A stretch of 64,000 nucleotides of DNA from Gekko japonicus (GCF_001447785.1 NW_015173122.1:1437541-1501540); one strand, 5' to 3'; counted from the first letter of the stretch, positions 46,701 through 60,400 are shown. Numbers and translations are program-made. Notes: a model not told the origin generated them from the sequence alone.

Positions 46701-49700
46701 CCTGTTGCTTTGGATCTCCACAGCTTTCCCCAGAGCAAGGACTTACCTTTTGTCTGATCATACAGGAGGAACCGTTCAAACAGCTCATGCTGGATGGGCA
46801 CTTGATCCGTGGATGTGTATGGAAGGATGTCTTCATGGCTTACATAGTCAAGTCCTGGGAGAAAAGCAGATCACACAAAAAATAAATAAATAAATAAAAA
46901 TAAACCTGTGTTTGATAACATAATCCACAGCATAATCTCATACAAAACCAATTCCCAGTTTGAGATTACTGTGGACTTGCACACCTGCACAAGAATCTTC
47001 TCTTACACAAGAATCTTCAGACTTGTTTCTACTTTCCTGTAAACCTATACCATGGAGGACAGATGGGTGTCCCTGAAAACAGCAGCTCTTTGTCTTGCAA
47101 ACTTGGGGCTTCCTTCACGTTTGTAGAGAAATACCCCCCACATTGTCCTAGCTCCATTTTGCAGATCTATTGATCCACAATCTACAGCTTGGTTTGGGAG
47201 TATATATACATAACGTTTTATGATACAGTGCCTTCAGGTATTTCATACTCAGCTACCCAGATCACATTATATTCATGTTATCAATGTCACTCTCCAAATA
47301 ACATTGGAATTATTTACCTCTTGTGTTTTAGAGACCTTTAATGTTCAGTGGTAGTGGTTAGGATCTTATTAAATTGTACAGGTCTGGATCATTGATTGAG
47401 CTCCTGGAGCAGGCCCATAGCCATGGTGGGGGCATTTGGGGCAGAGCCCCACTAGGGATGAGCCCTGCCCCATCCCGGATGTCAGGGGGGGCCCACCACC
47501 ACTGCACAGCGCTTCTTACTGCTACCTCTCTGCAGCCTTACTGGCTCTTCCAGGGAAGCTGCCCTGCCGCTTCTGGTCAGTTTTACTCCCCCTGATCAGC
47601 TGTTAGATTTAACAGCTGATGTCAGAAGTGAAACTGACCAGAAGCAGCAGGGGGGGTTCCCTTTCCTTCCCCAGCCTCTGCCCCCCTGGGAGGGAAGGCC
47701 CCTAAGTGACCTTCCCCAGGAACTAATCTAATCAAATTAGTAATCTGATTAAGTTCCCCGCTCCCCGGCCCCACCAACCAAAATTTTCTGGCTATGGGGC
47801 TGTCCTGGAGACAGCTTGAGGGAGCAGAAGCTTAAGCTAAAAGTGCAGAGGCACATCCCTGAGGCCCTCGTACCCAAAATGGCCACTTACCTGGTATTGC
47901 ATAGAGGGCTCTGCTATCATCATGGTTTGCTAAGAAAGTCACAGCTTCTGTCTGAGATCTCTGGGACTGAGGAACAAAAATGAGAACAGTGTTTACAAGG
48001 GACAAAACAGTCTTTGCTTATCTAACAGAAGAGTCTTTGATTAGCTAGTAATGGGCCGTATATCTCTCATGGTCTGGGTAGTATTGCTGACGTATATGAG
48101 TGGAATGTGCGATTGTAACTATATGCACCTTTCCCGCCTTCATACCCCAGTTCTGACAAGGAGTTCATTCTCTGAACGTCTCATATCTTCTAATAAAACT
48201 TTCAACCAAGAAAGTGTGTGTGAAGAGTGACTTGACTGGGACTCTGACAGATTTCAGCCCCTTGGCAAAGATTTTTTTTGTCCATGATCACACCAGTGCC
48301 ACTCCCATCTCTGTCCCATAACTCACGCAGTAGCAACTATTATTTTTTAATTGAATTCGATATTAAAAATGAATACACCATTCATAACAAGGGCACCAAA
48401 GAGTCTAACCAAAAAGGAACGTGGTCCAAAGGGGCAGGAGGGGGTAGAATTCTGAAGACTTCTCACAAGTACTTTCTGCAGATTGGGCAACTGAGTATTT
48501 CTATCCTGTAAGTGTACAGGACGGTTCACAAATAAACAAAAAATTACACCCACCCAAACCAGTCATATTTCCTAAAAGAAGTCACAGGGTATATCAATTA
48601 AATCAGAGACAGAGAAGGAGGAAACTCCTAGCAGAAAAGCAACCCCTCAACCATCTGTTCAAACCATCGCAAAATGTCAGCTCGGTAGAAGAGAAGTACT
48701 CACTATATGGGGGCAGTCACGAGCATCTATGAGCACTTGGTAGTAGGTATGTGTCTTCCCCTTCACTTCTTTGGATCCATGGCCAGCTGAATTCTCACCC
48801 CTGAGCAGAAAGACACCACAGCTGACAGGCTTCCCTGTGGATGCCCCTACAGCAGCCAGCTTCCTTTTCAAACTGTATGGCAAGTGGGGCCAGACAGTCA
48901 CTGGGTGGCAAAGAGCAGTGGCTCCACTTTTCTAGCAAAAGCGCCCTCTTTCTAAGAAGCTTCAGCTTCTCTCCTGAAAATGAGGTCTTCACCCACATTA
49001 ATCCCACATCCCCCAAAATATGTAGGCCAGATGTTCTGCTGACAGCACACCACTGTATCGCCTGGGTGGACCCTCAGACCGCACGCTTTGTCATCAGCAG
49101 GGCTGGTGAGCAAGTCCAAAATGCAAGACAAGCAGACCTTATGAAACTGAATAGCATCTTGCCTTTTCATTTGAAACAGGAGGTGGAAAATAACCACAGT
49201 ACAAAGCCACCCCAAAAATCTTAATAAAACTCAATAACTGTCATACACCTTAAAACAATGTACACCACTGAAAATTTTTAAAACTCATCAGCTGCTAAGA
49301 GTATATACATGCTTTCCCCCTACATTAAATAGGCATTTAATATATCCTACTTGTTATTTGTCAAGGTTTCGTTCTAAATGGTCCACTGAATAAACATTTT
49401 TGACCTCATGCCAACTGAGCATCTGCACAACTGTGGCAGCGTAAGCTGCCTTCCCCACTCTCTCCTCAAAGTTTCTACACTTTTGCAGAATTAAAGTACA
49501 TTGATGCATCTAACCCTTCCCCCAACACTTACTTTTCAGGCACAGGAGAAGTAACGTCTCGATCGTACAACCTAGCTTGCCAAGGAAACAGAACTATTCC
49601 CCGGTATCCAAATACACTGTGGAGGAATAACTGAAAGAGAGGGGGGGAGGGTCAGGGCAAGGTACACAGAAACCCCATGTGTTTCTGCTGCATGAAAAGA

Positions 49701-52676
49701 AAATCCAACATAGGTAAGGAGAAAGAAGACAGCTTCAGTGAAGTTTGCAAAGCAGCCCATGCAAGTAGTCCTCAAAAAGCCTCCTCGGACACTAGTCCTC
49801 AACTACTTCGGTGAATTACTGTTAGCACGTTGGTGGCACACCAAAACAACATGGTTTTGACTGATGAGACCTTCTCCACCTGACTGCTTAGAGGTAACTT
49901 TGAATTGCCACTATGATTTGTAAGTGCCTAGACACTGGCAGGGCACAGCTGAGGAGGACTTTGCCTCAAAATGCCAAGCGGGAAAGGGACAGCTAGCATC
50001 AAACAAAGGGATCCCCAGAGTACTACTAGGAATCATGGCCAGAGACCACAAATATTTGCAAGACACACATCCAGCAATACCCCCCCCCCCAATCTCATTT
50101 TGGAGTCTATTTGTTCACCACGGCCCCTTACCTGCCCAGTTTCATATTTGCCATTTTGTTTTGGCAATTCAAATACACCCACTGTCTCAAGTACTTTGCC
50201 TTCAGGACGGTTCCTGGGAGGGGGACACACAGAAAAGATACACATGAGTGTCACTAGGTGGTCAAGGAGAGAAGAGTCTGAACATCTGTTCAAGGTTCAA
50301 ATACAACTTTCATTCTACTGTCCAGTCATGAACCTAGCAGGCAGCCTTCTCCCTTTTAAAGGCTCCATTCCCTCCCAAAAGAGGAGGCCATGTAGAATGA
50401 AGCCAGCTATTTAGCCACAGTTCATCACAGGGACCACTAGCTTTGATGCCTTTTTAAAAGGAGCAGGTAAATTCACCAGAAAGGCTAGGCCTATCGACAG
50501 ATATCTACCACAAGAGCCAAATAGCTCCTTCAAGCTCAGAGGCACCCTAAGTGTCAGGAGCTGGTGACCAACAATATGGAGGGATGTGCCCTTTCTTCCC
50601 TGTATGCAGGTGTTCCCAGTGGGCATCTAAGTGATCACTACTGAAAGCAAGGCACTAGGCATAGCCAGGCTATTTATTTATTTATATTTATTTATTGAAC
50701 TTATTAACCACCCTCCCCAGTAGGACCGGGCTTAAGTGGTGTACAACATAATCAGATAAAACATTGCATAAAACAATAAAAGGTCAGGCTAAAAAGCCCT
50801 GACCTGGATAGACCAGGCAAGCCTGATCTCATCAGATCTTGGAAGCAAAGCAGGGTCGACTCTGGCAAGTACTTGGATGGGAGACCTCCTTGAAATACCA
50901 CAGGCAGAAGGTGGAGGCAGGCTTTATTCAGCCACCTTTCTGAATACCCTCCAGGCCCCCAGTAGGGGTCAGTCACCAGAGGTCGCCATGACCTCCAGGT
51001 GCACACACGCTCACACACACACATGAAAAAATACAAGACAAGGGGGAAAAATATCAGGTTAAAACAGTAAAACATCATAACCAATCTGATTAATCTAGTA
51101 ACCTATTTAGCTATAGGTAAAGGTTTCCCTTGCTCGAAAGCCTGTCGCTAAAATCCTAATAGTGCCGCTGTCTCATGGGGGAAGGAGCAGGTGGGAAGAG
51201 GAGGATGGGAGTGCCAAGACAGGACCATCGCTGTCCTCAACCAAAGGCCTGGTGGAACATCTCTGCCTTGCACACTCCGCGGAATTGTAGTACATCCAGC
51301 AGGGCGCAAATGTTACTTGGCAAAGAGTTCCACCAGGTAGGAGCCAGGGCAGAGAAATCTCTGGTGCTGGTTGAGAACAGCCAGACGTTTCTCAGGCCAG
51401 GGACCACCAATAAATTCTGATCACTCAAGTGTAACATTTTTTGAGGTTATACCAAGGGAGGCGATCCTGAAGGTACATAGGTCCCTGCCAATGAAGGGCC
51501 TTAAAGGTCAACACCATAACCTTGAATCTGTTTTAGTACTCCACCAGAAACCAAAGCAGCTCACGCAACACCAGATTGATATGTGCTGTGTGCGGCAGCC
51601 CCGTAAGGACCCGGGCTGCTGCATTTTGTACCAGTTGGAGTTTCCGGGTCAGCCTCAAGGGTAGGCCCATGTACGATGAGTTACAGTAATCAAATCTGGA
51701 GGTGTCCATTGCATGGATTACAGTGCCTAGGTCAGGGCAACACAGGTACAGGGCTTAAGCCAGCAGGTGGTCCTTACACAAGAACCTTGCTGAATTAGAC
51801 CACTGGTCCATCCAGTCCAGCATCCTGTCTCATACAGCTGCCAACCAGTTCCTCTAGACATCCAATAACAGGGCATGGAGGCCAAGGCCTTCCCCTGATG
51901 TTGCCTCCTGGCTCTGGGATTCAGAGGTTTAGTGCCTCTGAATGTGACAGTTCCTCAGTCATCTGGGCTAGAAGCCGGTGAATCTACCTGTTCCACTTTT
52001 AAAGCTGTCTATGCCTATAGCCATCAATACATCCTCTGACAGCAAATTCCACATTTTAATCACCCTCTGTGTAAAGTAGTATTTCCTTTTCCCCTATGTA
52101 AGCCGCCCTGAGCCCGCATTGCGGGGAGGGCGGGGTATAAATTGAATTAAATAAATAAATAAATTTTGTCTGTCCTGAGCCTACTGCCCATTAGCTTCAT
52201 CAGATGCCTTCGACTTCTAGTATTTTGGGAGAGGAAGAAAAAGTTGTCAACTCTTTCCGATCCATGCAAAGTTTTATAAACCTCTATCTCTCACACACAA
52301 ACCCGTTGCAGTCATAGTCCTTGGCCTACAGTTGACCAGTAGGAACGGCTTTCTTTTATAGGTTCCAAACGAAGTGCATGACAGCGGACCCCACAATTAC
52401 ACGAAGGAAGGGACGGTTCAGAAAAGCGCCCCCCGCCAGTCCCCAGACAATACCAACGGGGCACAGCAGCGGTCTCCGCAGGAGGCGAAGCCAGGCCACT
52501 CACCGAGAAGACAGGAAGCGCCTAGGGGCGAACCCCGCCCACAGCCCTGTCGCCCCCACCGCCGTGCGGAGACCCCCCCAGGGTAGCGAGGAAGCCGAGG
52601 CGGCCCTGGCCCGGCTTAGCGCCGCCGCTGCCAAATAGCGTCCTCGCGCGGCAGCCGCCACCGCGCAGGCCGACAT
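43598..52676 (-). CDS. POLDIP2: POLDIP2 (PDIP38; YccV-like plus ApaG domains), complete 11-exon CDS
   Basis: Exons 52504-52676, 50132-50213, 49533-49630, 48704-48800, 47891-47966, 46747-46854, 45443-45579, 44794-44820, 44505-44630, 44107-44186, 43598-43712; GT-AG and in phase. Motifs RNRPEGKVLETVGVFE, THTYYQVLIDARDCPH, QLRERHWRIFSLSGTLETVRGRGVVG; ends PSGLHW*. Likely AATAAA at 42002-42007. Confidence 0.97.
44107..44186 (-). CDS. POLDIP2: POLDIP2 exon 10
   Basis: EPVLSKEQPAFQYSSHVSLQASSGHMW. Confidence 0.95.
44505..44630 (-). CDS. POLDIP2: POLDIP2 exon 9
   Basis: WRYCIRLENLDNEVVQLRERHWRIFSLSGTLETVRGRGVVGR. Confidence 0.95.
44794..44820 (-). CDS. POLDIP2: POLDIP2 exon 8 (27-nt microexon)
   Basis: EAQNSHVYW flanked by CAG and GTGAGT. 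Confidence 0.93.
45443..45579 (-). CDS. POLDIP2: POLDIP2 exon 7
   Basis: AWQEKNHPWLELSDVHRETTENIRVTVIPFYMGMR. Confidence 0.95.
45678..46004. mobile_element. hAT (Charlie-like) MITE
   Basis: CAGGCATGTCCAAC / GTTGAACATACCTG; TSD TTCTAAAC. Confidence 0.85.
46747..46854 (-). CDS. POLDIP2: POLDIP2 exon 6
   Basis: LDYVSHEDILPYTSTDQVPIQHELFERFLLYDQTK. Confidence 0.95.
47410..47802. mobile_element. hAT (Tip100-like) MITE
   Basis: CAGGCCCATAGCCA / TGGCTATGGGGCTG; TSD TCCTGGAG. Confidence 0.82.
47891..47966 (-). CDS. POLDIP2: POLDIP2 exon 5
   Basis: SQRSQTEAVTFLANHDDSRALYAIP. Confidence 0.95.
48704..48800 (-). CDS. POLDIP2: POLDIP2 exon 4
   Basis: GHGSKEVKGKTHTYYQVLIDARDCPHI. Confidence 0.95.
49533..49630 (-). 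CDS. POLDIP2: POLDIP2 exon 3
   Basis: LFLHSVFGYRGIVLFPWQARLYDRDV. Confidence 0.95.
50132..50213 (-). CDS. POLDIP2: POLDIP2 exon 2
   Basis: NRPEGKVLETVGVFELPKQNGKYETGQ. Confidence 0.95.
50670..51750 (-). mobile_element. L2 LINE 3' fragment
   Basis: (TAAA)n tail; LAPTWWNSLP...FHQAF. Confidence 0.75.
50796..51050 (+). mobile_element. 5S rRNA-derived SINE inside an L2 fragment
   Basis: GATCTCATCAGATCTTGGAAGCAAAGCAGGGTCG...GTACTTGGATGGGAGACC; (CA)n/A tail. Confidence 0.85.
52504..52676 (-). CDS. POLDIP2: POLDIP2 exon 1 (mitochondrial-targeting-like, Arg/Ala-rich)
   Basis: MSACAVAAAARGRY...PRRFLSSR; GTGAGT donor. Confidence 0.9.
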
Positions 52677-52679
52677 CGA

Positions 52680-52960
52680 CTTTTGCCGCCGAGCCGGTCG
52701 CGGCTCTGAAGGAACGAAGCGAGCCGGAGAGACTGCAAGGCCACAGCGGCCGTGGCCACCCACAATCCTCCGCGCGGAGCCCCCCCGGTTCCCGCCGTCC
52801 TTTGCGCGTCCGCTCTAGGCGCGGGGGGTGGGCCACAGAGACAGAGCGACTATCGCCGTGCGCGTGCGCAGTTCTTTAGTGTCCCTCCTCGGCCGCTACA
52901 TGGAGAGGCAGATGGCAGGCGGGACTGGGAACCGGGGGCGGGCACAAGGCAGGAGGCAAG
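52680..52960 (-). promoter_or_regulatory. POLDIP2 CpG promoter
   Basis: CpG-rich; NRF1-like GTGCGCGTGCGCA at about 52858-52870; GC box GGGGCGGG near 52934. Confidence 0.6.
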
Positions 52961-54189
52961 CCCTTTAAACTTGGCTGGAACCAGCAGAATCCAGACTGAT
53001 TGCTTCCCTGGCTGACTTTCTGTAAGCATGCACAGGAATAGGGTTCCAACGTTTCGCAGTAAGCGCCTAGGCGGACCTTAAGACCCTGGCGCCAAAGGCT
53101 GCTCTCTTCTTCCTTAAGGGAGGCGAGATCCTTGCCTGCCAGAGTGTCTTCGAGCGTAGCCCCATCGTTGTGGAAGGGGCTGCCGGTTGAAGACAGGGCG
53201 ATCTCTTCTCTCACCTAGTTGAGACACCAGGATGCGCCTGTATTGTTTAGGCGGGCTTCTTCCTTATTTGCTTTCAATGGTGTTTAACTTATTCATTTCC
53301 GTGATTTATAGTCCGTCTTTCTCAGTTGGACTAAAGGCGGATTACACAGAGTGAGTCACTACAATCAACAAGATGGGGCATTCAGTAAATAATACAATGG
53401 GGTCAGGGTTGTATAGAACCAGCCATAAGTCTAAAAACACAACTGAAGCAAAGCATAAGTATTAATACGACACATTAAATGATGCAAAATATTACACAGG
53501 AGGATCCTAGTTTCAGCAAGCTAAACACAGCAGTTGACTATAGTGTCTAATCATTTAGTACAGTGCAACTCTATTGCCTACACTGAAAAATCCTCTTGAA
53601 TAATAATTGTGTCTAATTTTGTCTTTCTTTATTTCATTTGTAACCTGCCTATCTCCCTAGTGGGGACCAAAAGCAGCTTACATCCTTTTCTTCTCTTCCA
53701 TGTTATCCTCACAACAACCCTGCGAGGTAGATTAGGCTGAGAGAGCCGTGACTGGCCCAAGGTCACCCAGCGAGCTTCCATGGCATAGTATCAGGTCTCT
53801 GAATCGCTTTTTAACAAGCTTGTTTGACCGTAAACCACTTTAACCAAACGGGGGGGGGGGGAGATGTATAGTATGTCTAAATGACGCTTGCCACACATTG
53901 CTGTGGGCCCTCAGGGGCAGAGCAGTTGCCTCCAGAAGTCTCCCGGTTCAACCCCGCCCCCGGGGGCACTTGCCTTCAAAGAAAAAGAGCTGGGCGTATA
54001 GACATGAATGACCCTGGGGAGAACTGAGCCTGACAGAAGAGCCAGGAGTGTCCTGCTCCTGCACAAGCCAGGGAGAAGGCTGCCTTTTGCTCGGCTCCGA
54101 CTTGAGGCTTCCCCCCGGGACTTCCACTGATCAAGTCCAGCGCCTCCCGCTAGGTCCCTCTTGCCTTCGCACGGAAGACTTATTCGCTC

Positions 54190-54290
54190 GTCTGCCACCC
54201 GGAAATGGGTCTCTCTCGCCTGTAGGTGATGCTCTTTCATCTTCGCCCAGGCACGATCATGTGACTCGCGGGGCAAGATGGCGGCCTCTC
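54190..54290 (+). promoter_or_regulatory. TMEM199 proximal promoter (ETS, M-box/CLEAR-like E-box, YY1)
   Basis: CCGGAAAT near 54199; TCATGTGAC at 54257-54265; CAAGATGGCGGC over the ATG. Confidence 0.6.
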
Positions 54291-54446
54291 TGCGGGCTGG
54301 AGCGCGCCTGCGGCGGGCTTCGGCTGACCCTGAGCTGAGGCGGCTGGATTCAGAGTTGCTGGCTGAAGTCGAAGCGGCGTCGGCGGCCGGTCCCGGCCTT
54401 CCCTTCGCTCTGGTCCGGAGGCTTCATCAAGCTCTGCGAGATACGG
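54278..54446 (+). CDS. TMEM199: TMEM199 exon 1
   Basis: [14 protein letters not shown]...[14 protein letters not shown]; GTGAGT donor. Confidence 0.92.
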
Positions 54447-57400
54447 GTGAGTTTTGCCCGCGCGGTGGCCCTTAACCTTGAGGGGAACAGGCAACGAGAC
54501 CCCTGCTCTCGCCGGATCTGGGAGAAAGCCTATTGAACGTAATGGGTCTTACTCTCAGGTAAGTGGGTATACCCCCTTGGAGGAAGCCCCAATGAATGGT
54601 GACGACTTTTCCTGTCGTTCTAGAATATATATCTCTGTATACAATTATGAATGAATGAATTAGAAACAAAGTATCATTAACTTATGCAAGCCATTGTCAC
54701 GCAATTCGGTCATGGCAACTTCTTTTAAAGGTTTAACAGGAGGATTGGGCACAAATGAGTCAGTGTGGTGTACTGGTGTGTTGGGTTAAGATGGGAGTCC
54801 CAGGTTTGAATCCCTGTGCCGCTGTGAGAACATGCTGATTGACCTTGGGCCTGTCACACACATTTAGCTGAACCTACCTCACAGGGTTCTTGCAAGTATA
54901 AAATGAAGGAAAGGGAAATGATGTGAGCTATTTTGGGTCCACACTGAGGAAAAAGATGGGGAATAAATGAAGAAATTAAGTAAATAGTTACATTGGCTAA
55001 ATGTATCTGCCATTTTCCTTGGTAGTGTGTATCCGAATGCCAGTTGCAAGGGAGGGATGCAACAACAAGAGGAAACTCTGGCATCTGTACTTCTGCTTTT
55101 GAGCCTTCTAAGAGGTCTGTCTTGCCACTGTTGCCTGGTTGCTGTGAGTGAACAAATTGAAACTAAACCCTGAAAAGCCAGAAGTAATGCTGGTTGGGAA
55201 GGCAGAGGTATTGAAAGACATTGTTCTCCACACTTTTGATGGAGTTCAACTGACACTTGATGACTCAGTTAAAAGCCATGGGGTTATATGGGATCCAGCT
55301 TTGTTATTGGAGAAGCAAGGTAATGCAGTTGCAAAAAAAAAAATGCTTTCTGCCAACAGCTTTGCCTGTATGATGGCCCCTTACCTTGATACAGCTGACC
55401 TGACCACCTGGATCCACACCATAGTAACATCGAGACTAGACTACTGTAATGCACTGTACATTGGTCTTCCCTCAAAATCTACTCAGAAACTCCATCTGGT
55501 ACAGGAGCTAGACAGAGCGTGCATATTACTCCCATTCTGCAGACACTCTGTTGGCTGCCCATTTGTTACTGGACTCAGTTTAAAGTATTGGCTGTTGCGT
55601 ACAAAGCCCTCCATGGTCTTGGTCCCTCTTATTTGTGGGACCGCCTCTCCCCCATACTCCGCCACAATAATTTCATTTATGTCAGCAGGGGCTTCTGTGG
55701 GTGCCAACCTGCAAATGGCAAAATCAGCCCCTGCCTGTACACATGCTTTCTTTGGTGTAGCTCCCTCCTTATGGAATAGCCTGCCTGAGGAGGTAAGGAA
55801 AGCTTCCACTCTTCTGGCTTTCCCCAAACCATGTAAAACTGAACCGTTCGAGAGGGCTTTTCTGTGCAGCTAATAGGGTTGCACCATGCAAAATGGTTGA
55901 CAAACTTACTTGGATAAATGATTAGAGATTGTGGTCTGTACTGCTGTGTGTAGCTTCCTGACAGTAGGATCTTCTTACGTAATTTTTGTACTGCTTAAGG
56001 TGCCATATCAGTACTTTTGCTGTGCCTCAGTTCTTTCTGGTGGTTCCAGACTTCTAAAGTCCTAGTGGATTGATAATTGAAAGTCCTGTTCCATTGATTG
56101 TACTGACTCACTATGTGTAATCTGCCCTGAGTCTTTGTGAGAAAGGTGGAGTATAAATAACATAAATAAATAAATGCTGCACAAAACAGGATGCTTGACT
56201 AGATGGGAACCCCCATGGTCTATTCCTGCAGAGGTTCTCTTATATTCTTACTATTTCTAATTCTGCATCTCACCATACAGTTGCAAAATTAGCTGGCAGG
56301 CATGGCGGGTTTTATTTTTCATCACATAAATTATTTGTCCCAACATTGATAATATTGGTACCCCAAATTCTTATGTAAGCAGTACCCCCCTGCTGTTTTC
56401 CTGTTCTCACATTTCAGTCTCTGTTTTCTTTCCTCCCTGTGTTCACTGTGTCCTTGCTTGACCGCTAACATATTCCATCTCTGGCAATCAACAGACTCTG
56501 ACTCTTGAGAGGCTTTTATTTTAATCTCATCCATTTTATTCCTAGGTTCTCAAGTGTATCTTCATGAACTTCTCGAAGGTAGTGAGATCTTTCTTCCTGA
56601 AGTGAAAAGACCTCCCAGGGTGTGTATTAACGGCTATTTTCTATGTACAAAGTGGCTGAAAATTGAGTGCTCTTTGGGGTGTAAAGGCCTTGCTCAAGGG
56701 AGTCATTTCCCCCTCTTGAATATATTAATTTCTACTTAAACATATCCCTTGAAAGGGATTTGAAGAGGTCAGTTAAAAAAAAAAAAGAATGGCGTAGCAT
56801 TTTCACTGTTTGTCTTTCTGCCCTTTTCAGAACCCAGAGTTAGTGGCCCGTCTGGAGACACTCAAGGCTAAGCTAGCCAATGAAGAGTACAAGCGGATGA
56901 CAAGAAATGTCAACAGCCAGGTTAGGAGAAAATGCAGGGGTGGTGTGAAAATGAGCTGGCCCCTTAATTTGCTTGGATGCATGTTATGTTCTTAAGCCAA
57001 CAGTGATTATTAACATGGTGTGATTCTTCCTTTGAGGGAGTCACAGAAGATGGCTCATATGCAGAGAAGAACAGGTAGTCTGTCTTAACAATTCAACACA
57101 TTGCCAGAGCCACTAGTTCAGGGGTGTCAAACATGCAGCCCAGGGGCCAGATCAGGCCCCCAGAGGGCTTCTGTCAGGCCCGCAAGGGACTGGCTGTCTC
57201 CTGCTTCTTCCTCCAGTTCTGCTGCTGCATCATAGCTTGCTTTCCCAGACTCTCTCAGTCGCTCAGGAGATTCTTCTGCTTCTGCTACCTGCACTGGGAT
57301 GAGGCTCCTCCCCTTCCCCCTCCCAGATTGCTACAGCACAGACATTTTGATGCAATAATTCGGAGCAAGAAGTGTCAGTTATCAGAGACTGTTAAATAAA

Positions 57401-60400
57401 CAAAATATTGCAAGAATGCTAATGTTTTGAGCATGTTTTTATTTTAAGTAAAAACAATCTTTGTGTTTGTGTCCTTTATTAAGTTTATATCTCCGCTCCC
57501 TGGCATTACATTTTATGACACACATGGCCCGGCCCGACAAAGTCCAATTTATGTCAAATCCGCCCCTCCATAACAAATGAGTTCAACACCCCTGCACTAG
57601 TTGGTATGCTATGTCCATTCTGCTGATGGGAAGTAATTGACAGGAACAAAGTGCTGAGAACACAGCAATTGCGTTGGAGTCTATAACGAACCTGCCATAA
57701 ACTGCCAATCACAGCAGAATTCTGAAAAACAGTTACAGTAGTTGAGAACTGAGCAACTTTGTGGTGGAAAGGAAAGCCTGTTTCCTCTGCGTAGGGTAAA
57801 GCATGCATGCTAAAACGGGATAGCATGAGCTCAGTTCTTTTGCTGCTAGTAAGCAGGGCTGGTAGTAAAAGTTGCACCCTTTTTCATATATTCCCGTAAG
57901 TAAAAAAGGTAGGAGATCTTCTGTTAATCTTGGGACTGAAGCACAACAGAGGGCAGAACTGTACAACGCTACCATATTTACCTCCTTTTCCCTTCTAGGA
58001 ACTGAACCGATATGGCACTCTGGCTGACCTCGGAAGACAAGGTACATTACTATCATGGGCATGGAGTTGTCAGGTAGCCTGAGCATAGCAACTAGGAGAG
58101 GGGCCCTAGTTCAGTGTGTAAGGACCAGCTTCAGTATGTGTGGGGCATCTCTAATTAAATGATCCCAGATAGCTGGTGTCCAGAAAAGCTCTTCTCTTAC
58201 TGATACCCAGGAGAGCTGCTGCCAGAGGAGACAATGCAGAGCTAGGTAGATCAATAGTCTGTCTTGCTATAAGACAACATCATAAATAAGAAGGGTAATC
58301 ATAAAGTCTGGATGAAGTAGAACAGCTGCCTGATCTTTGAGAGAGGCTCTCCTCTTTGAGGAAATGAAGTGCTCCAGAGTCCATACCTGCCCTGTTGACA
58401 TTCACCAATCATGCAGTGGCAGCTAGATTTGTACTGGTCTCTGGAGCTGTTGGTCACATAGGCTGAGTGGATGGTTGGCACTCTACTGGGCATGGAGTCC
58501 TTCCTGACCTTTCCTCCTGCCCATAGAGGCCCAAGGACCATGCGGAGTTGCAATAGCATGGAGCACGTGTGCTTCACAGGTCTGCACATCAGTCGTGCAG
58601 AGTCTGCATGTCTGTCTCCCCCCTTGGGGGTTCCCACAAACTGAGCTGCCCTGTGGGGTGGGCATAGTATAACCATTCAGGCAACAGAGCAAAGTTGGAG
58701 TCCCGTGGCACCTTTAAGACGAGCAAGTTTTATTCTGGGTATAAGCTTTCATGTGCAAGCACACTTCTTCAGATAGATTGAAAAAGAAAGTTTCATTGAG
58801 GCAACACTGACCATTCCTTGTATGGAGTTGAATTGGAAGTGCTTGTTTGGTCTGTTGGGACTACTTTATGGGACTGTGATCCTCCAGGGCAACAGGCATC
58901 CTAGGCATTTGGTCAACAGTAGCACAGGTTAGGTGGAATGGCTGGTAGCCAGCCTGGACTGTAGCTGTGTCCCCCACTTGGAATCCCCAGTTGTTGCGCC
59001 CTGTGAACTCCTACAAGTTCTGATTGCTGTTATCTCAAAAATATATATTTTAAAGCTATGAAAAAGTTTAGAAGGGCAACCTTTAGCAACTTTCATATGT
59101 GGAAAAGCTAAGGACTTTAGGGAAGTACTCTATTTGGGAGGAAAAGGAGAATAAGGGAGGACATAATAGAAGTTTATAAAACTGTGCCTGATGTGGAGAA
59201 AGGGGAGATAACTTTTTCTCCCTTTCCCATCATACTAAAATTTGGGGGCACCCAATGAAGTGTTTGAGAAATGATTTCAGTGAGACAAAAGGGAATGCTT
59301 CTTTGAAGGTAAAGGTTCCTTTGCTCGAAAGCCAATCGAATCCGACTCTAGGGTTGCGGTGCTCATCTCCGTTTCAAAGCCGAAGAGCCAGCGCTGTCCG
59401 AAGACGTTTCTGTGGTCATGTGGCCGGCATGACTAAACACCAAGGCTCACGGAACGCTGTGACCTTCCCACCGAAGTGGTACCTATTTATTTGCTTTCGA
59501 AATGCTAGGTTCGCAGGAGCTGGAACTAGAGACAGGAGCTCACTCCGTAATGCGGCACACTCGGGTCTCGAACTGCTGAACTACCGACCTTCCACAGTCT
59601 GCAGTTCAGCATCTTAACGACTTGAGCCACCGCAGCTTCTTTACTCAGCGATTAATTAAAATATGCAGTTTACTGCCAGTGGATGTAGTGGTGGCTATGA
59701 GCATAGATGGCTTTAAAAGGAGGTTCTAAGATTCATAGTCCATCAGTGACTTCTAGCCGTGATATACAAAAGCACCAAACCTTTAAAGCCCAATGATAGG
59801 AGACAACATATAGGGAAGGCCTCAGCCTCTCTGCCTGGTTTGCTGGCCCACCCAGCCAACTGGTTGGCCAATGTGTGAAAAAGGATGCTGGACTAGATGG
59901 GCTGCTGGTCTGATCCAGCAGGGCTCTTCTTATGAAAGCAGGCAGTCCTTCAGAAATCTCGGTCCCCAACACACATAAAAGCTTGTACTTTGGATTAGGG
60001 TGAATGAGCTAGGTCACAGAGCATTGGCCAAACAAACAGCACGTCTGACAATTTGTTTTAGTTTTCAGATTTGCAAAACGTGTACAAGCTCAACTTTCTC
60101 AGCTCCATCCTTGGAAAAAAAGATAACTTTGACTAGATGGACGGATGCCCAGAAAAAAATCCCTGAAACAAGTTGATCTGATAGTTCACAATTTCGATGC
60201 ATATATTTCTATGGGAAATTTCTTTCAAGAAGAAAGACGCACTCACATACCATCAAAAGAAATGAATTGGAAGTTTTGGTATGGTCATGTGGATTGGACG
60301 TAATTGGGCCTATTTAAGATAGCCATACCAAAAGACCCCTGAATCTCTGAGATGTGGGTTGTGTGAGTGTCTAATCTTTCTAAAAGTACTTTGGTGTGAA

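Noticed and set aside
48030-48248. Gypsy-like LTR 3' end (AATAAA...ACTCTGACA)
   Set aside because: 5' boundary and TSD not found; left unannotated.
50796-50900. 5S rRNA gene
   Set aside because: Diverged partial 5S joined to a non-5S body and simple-repeat tail, so it is a SINE.
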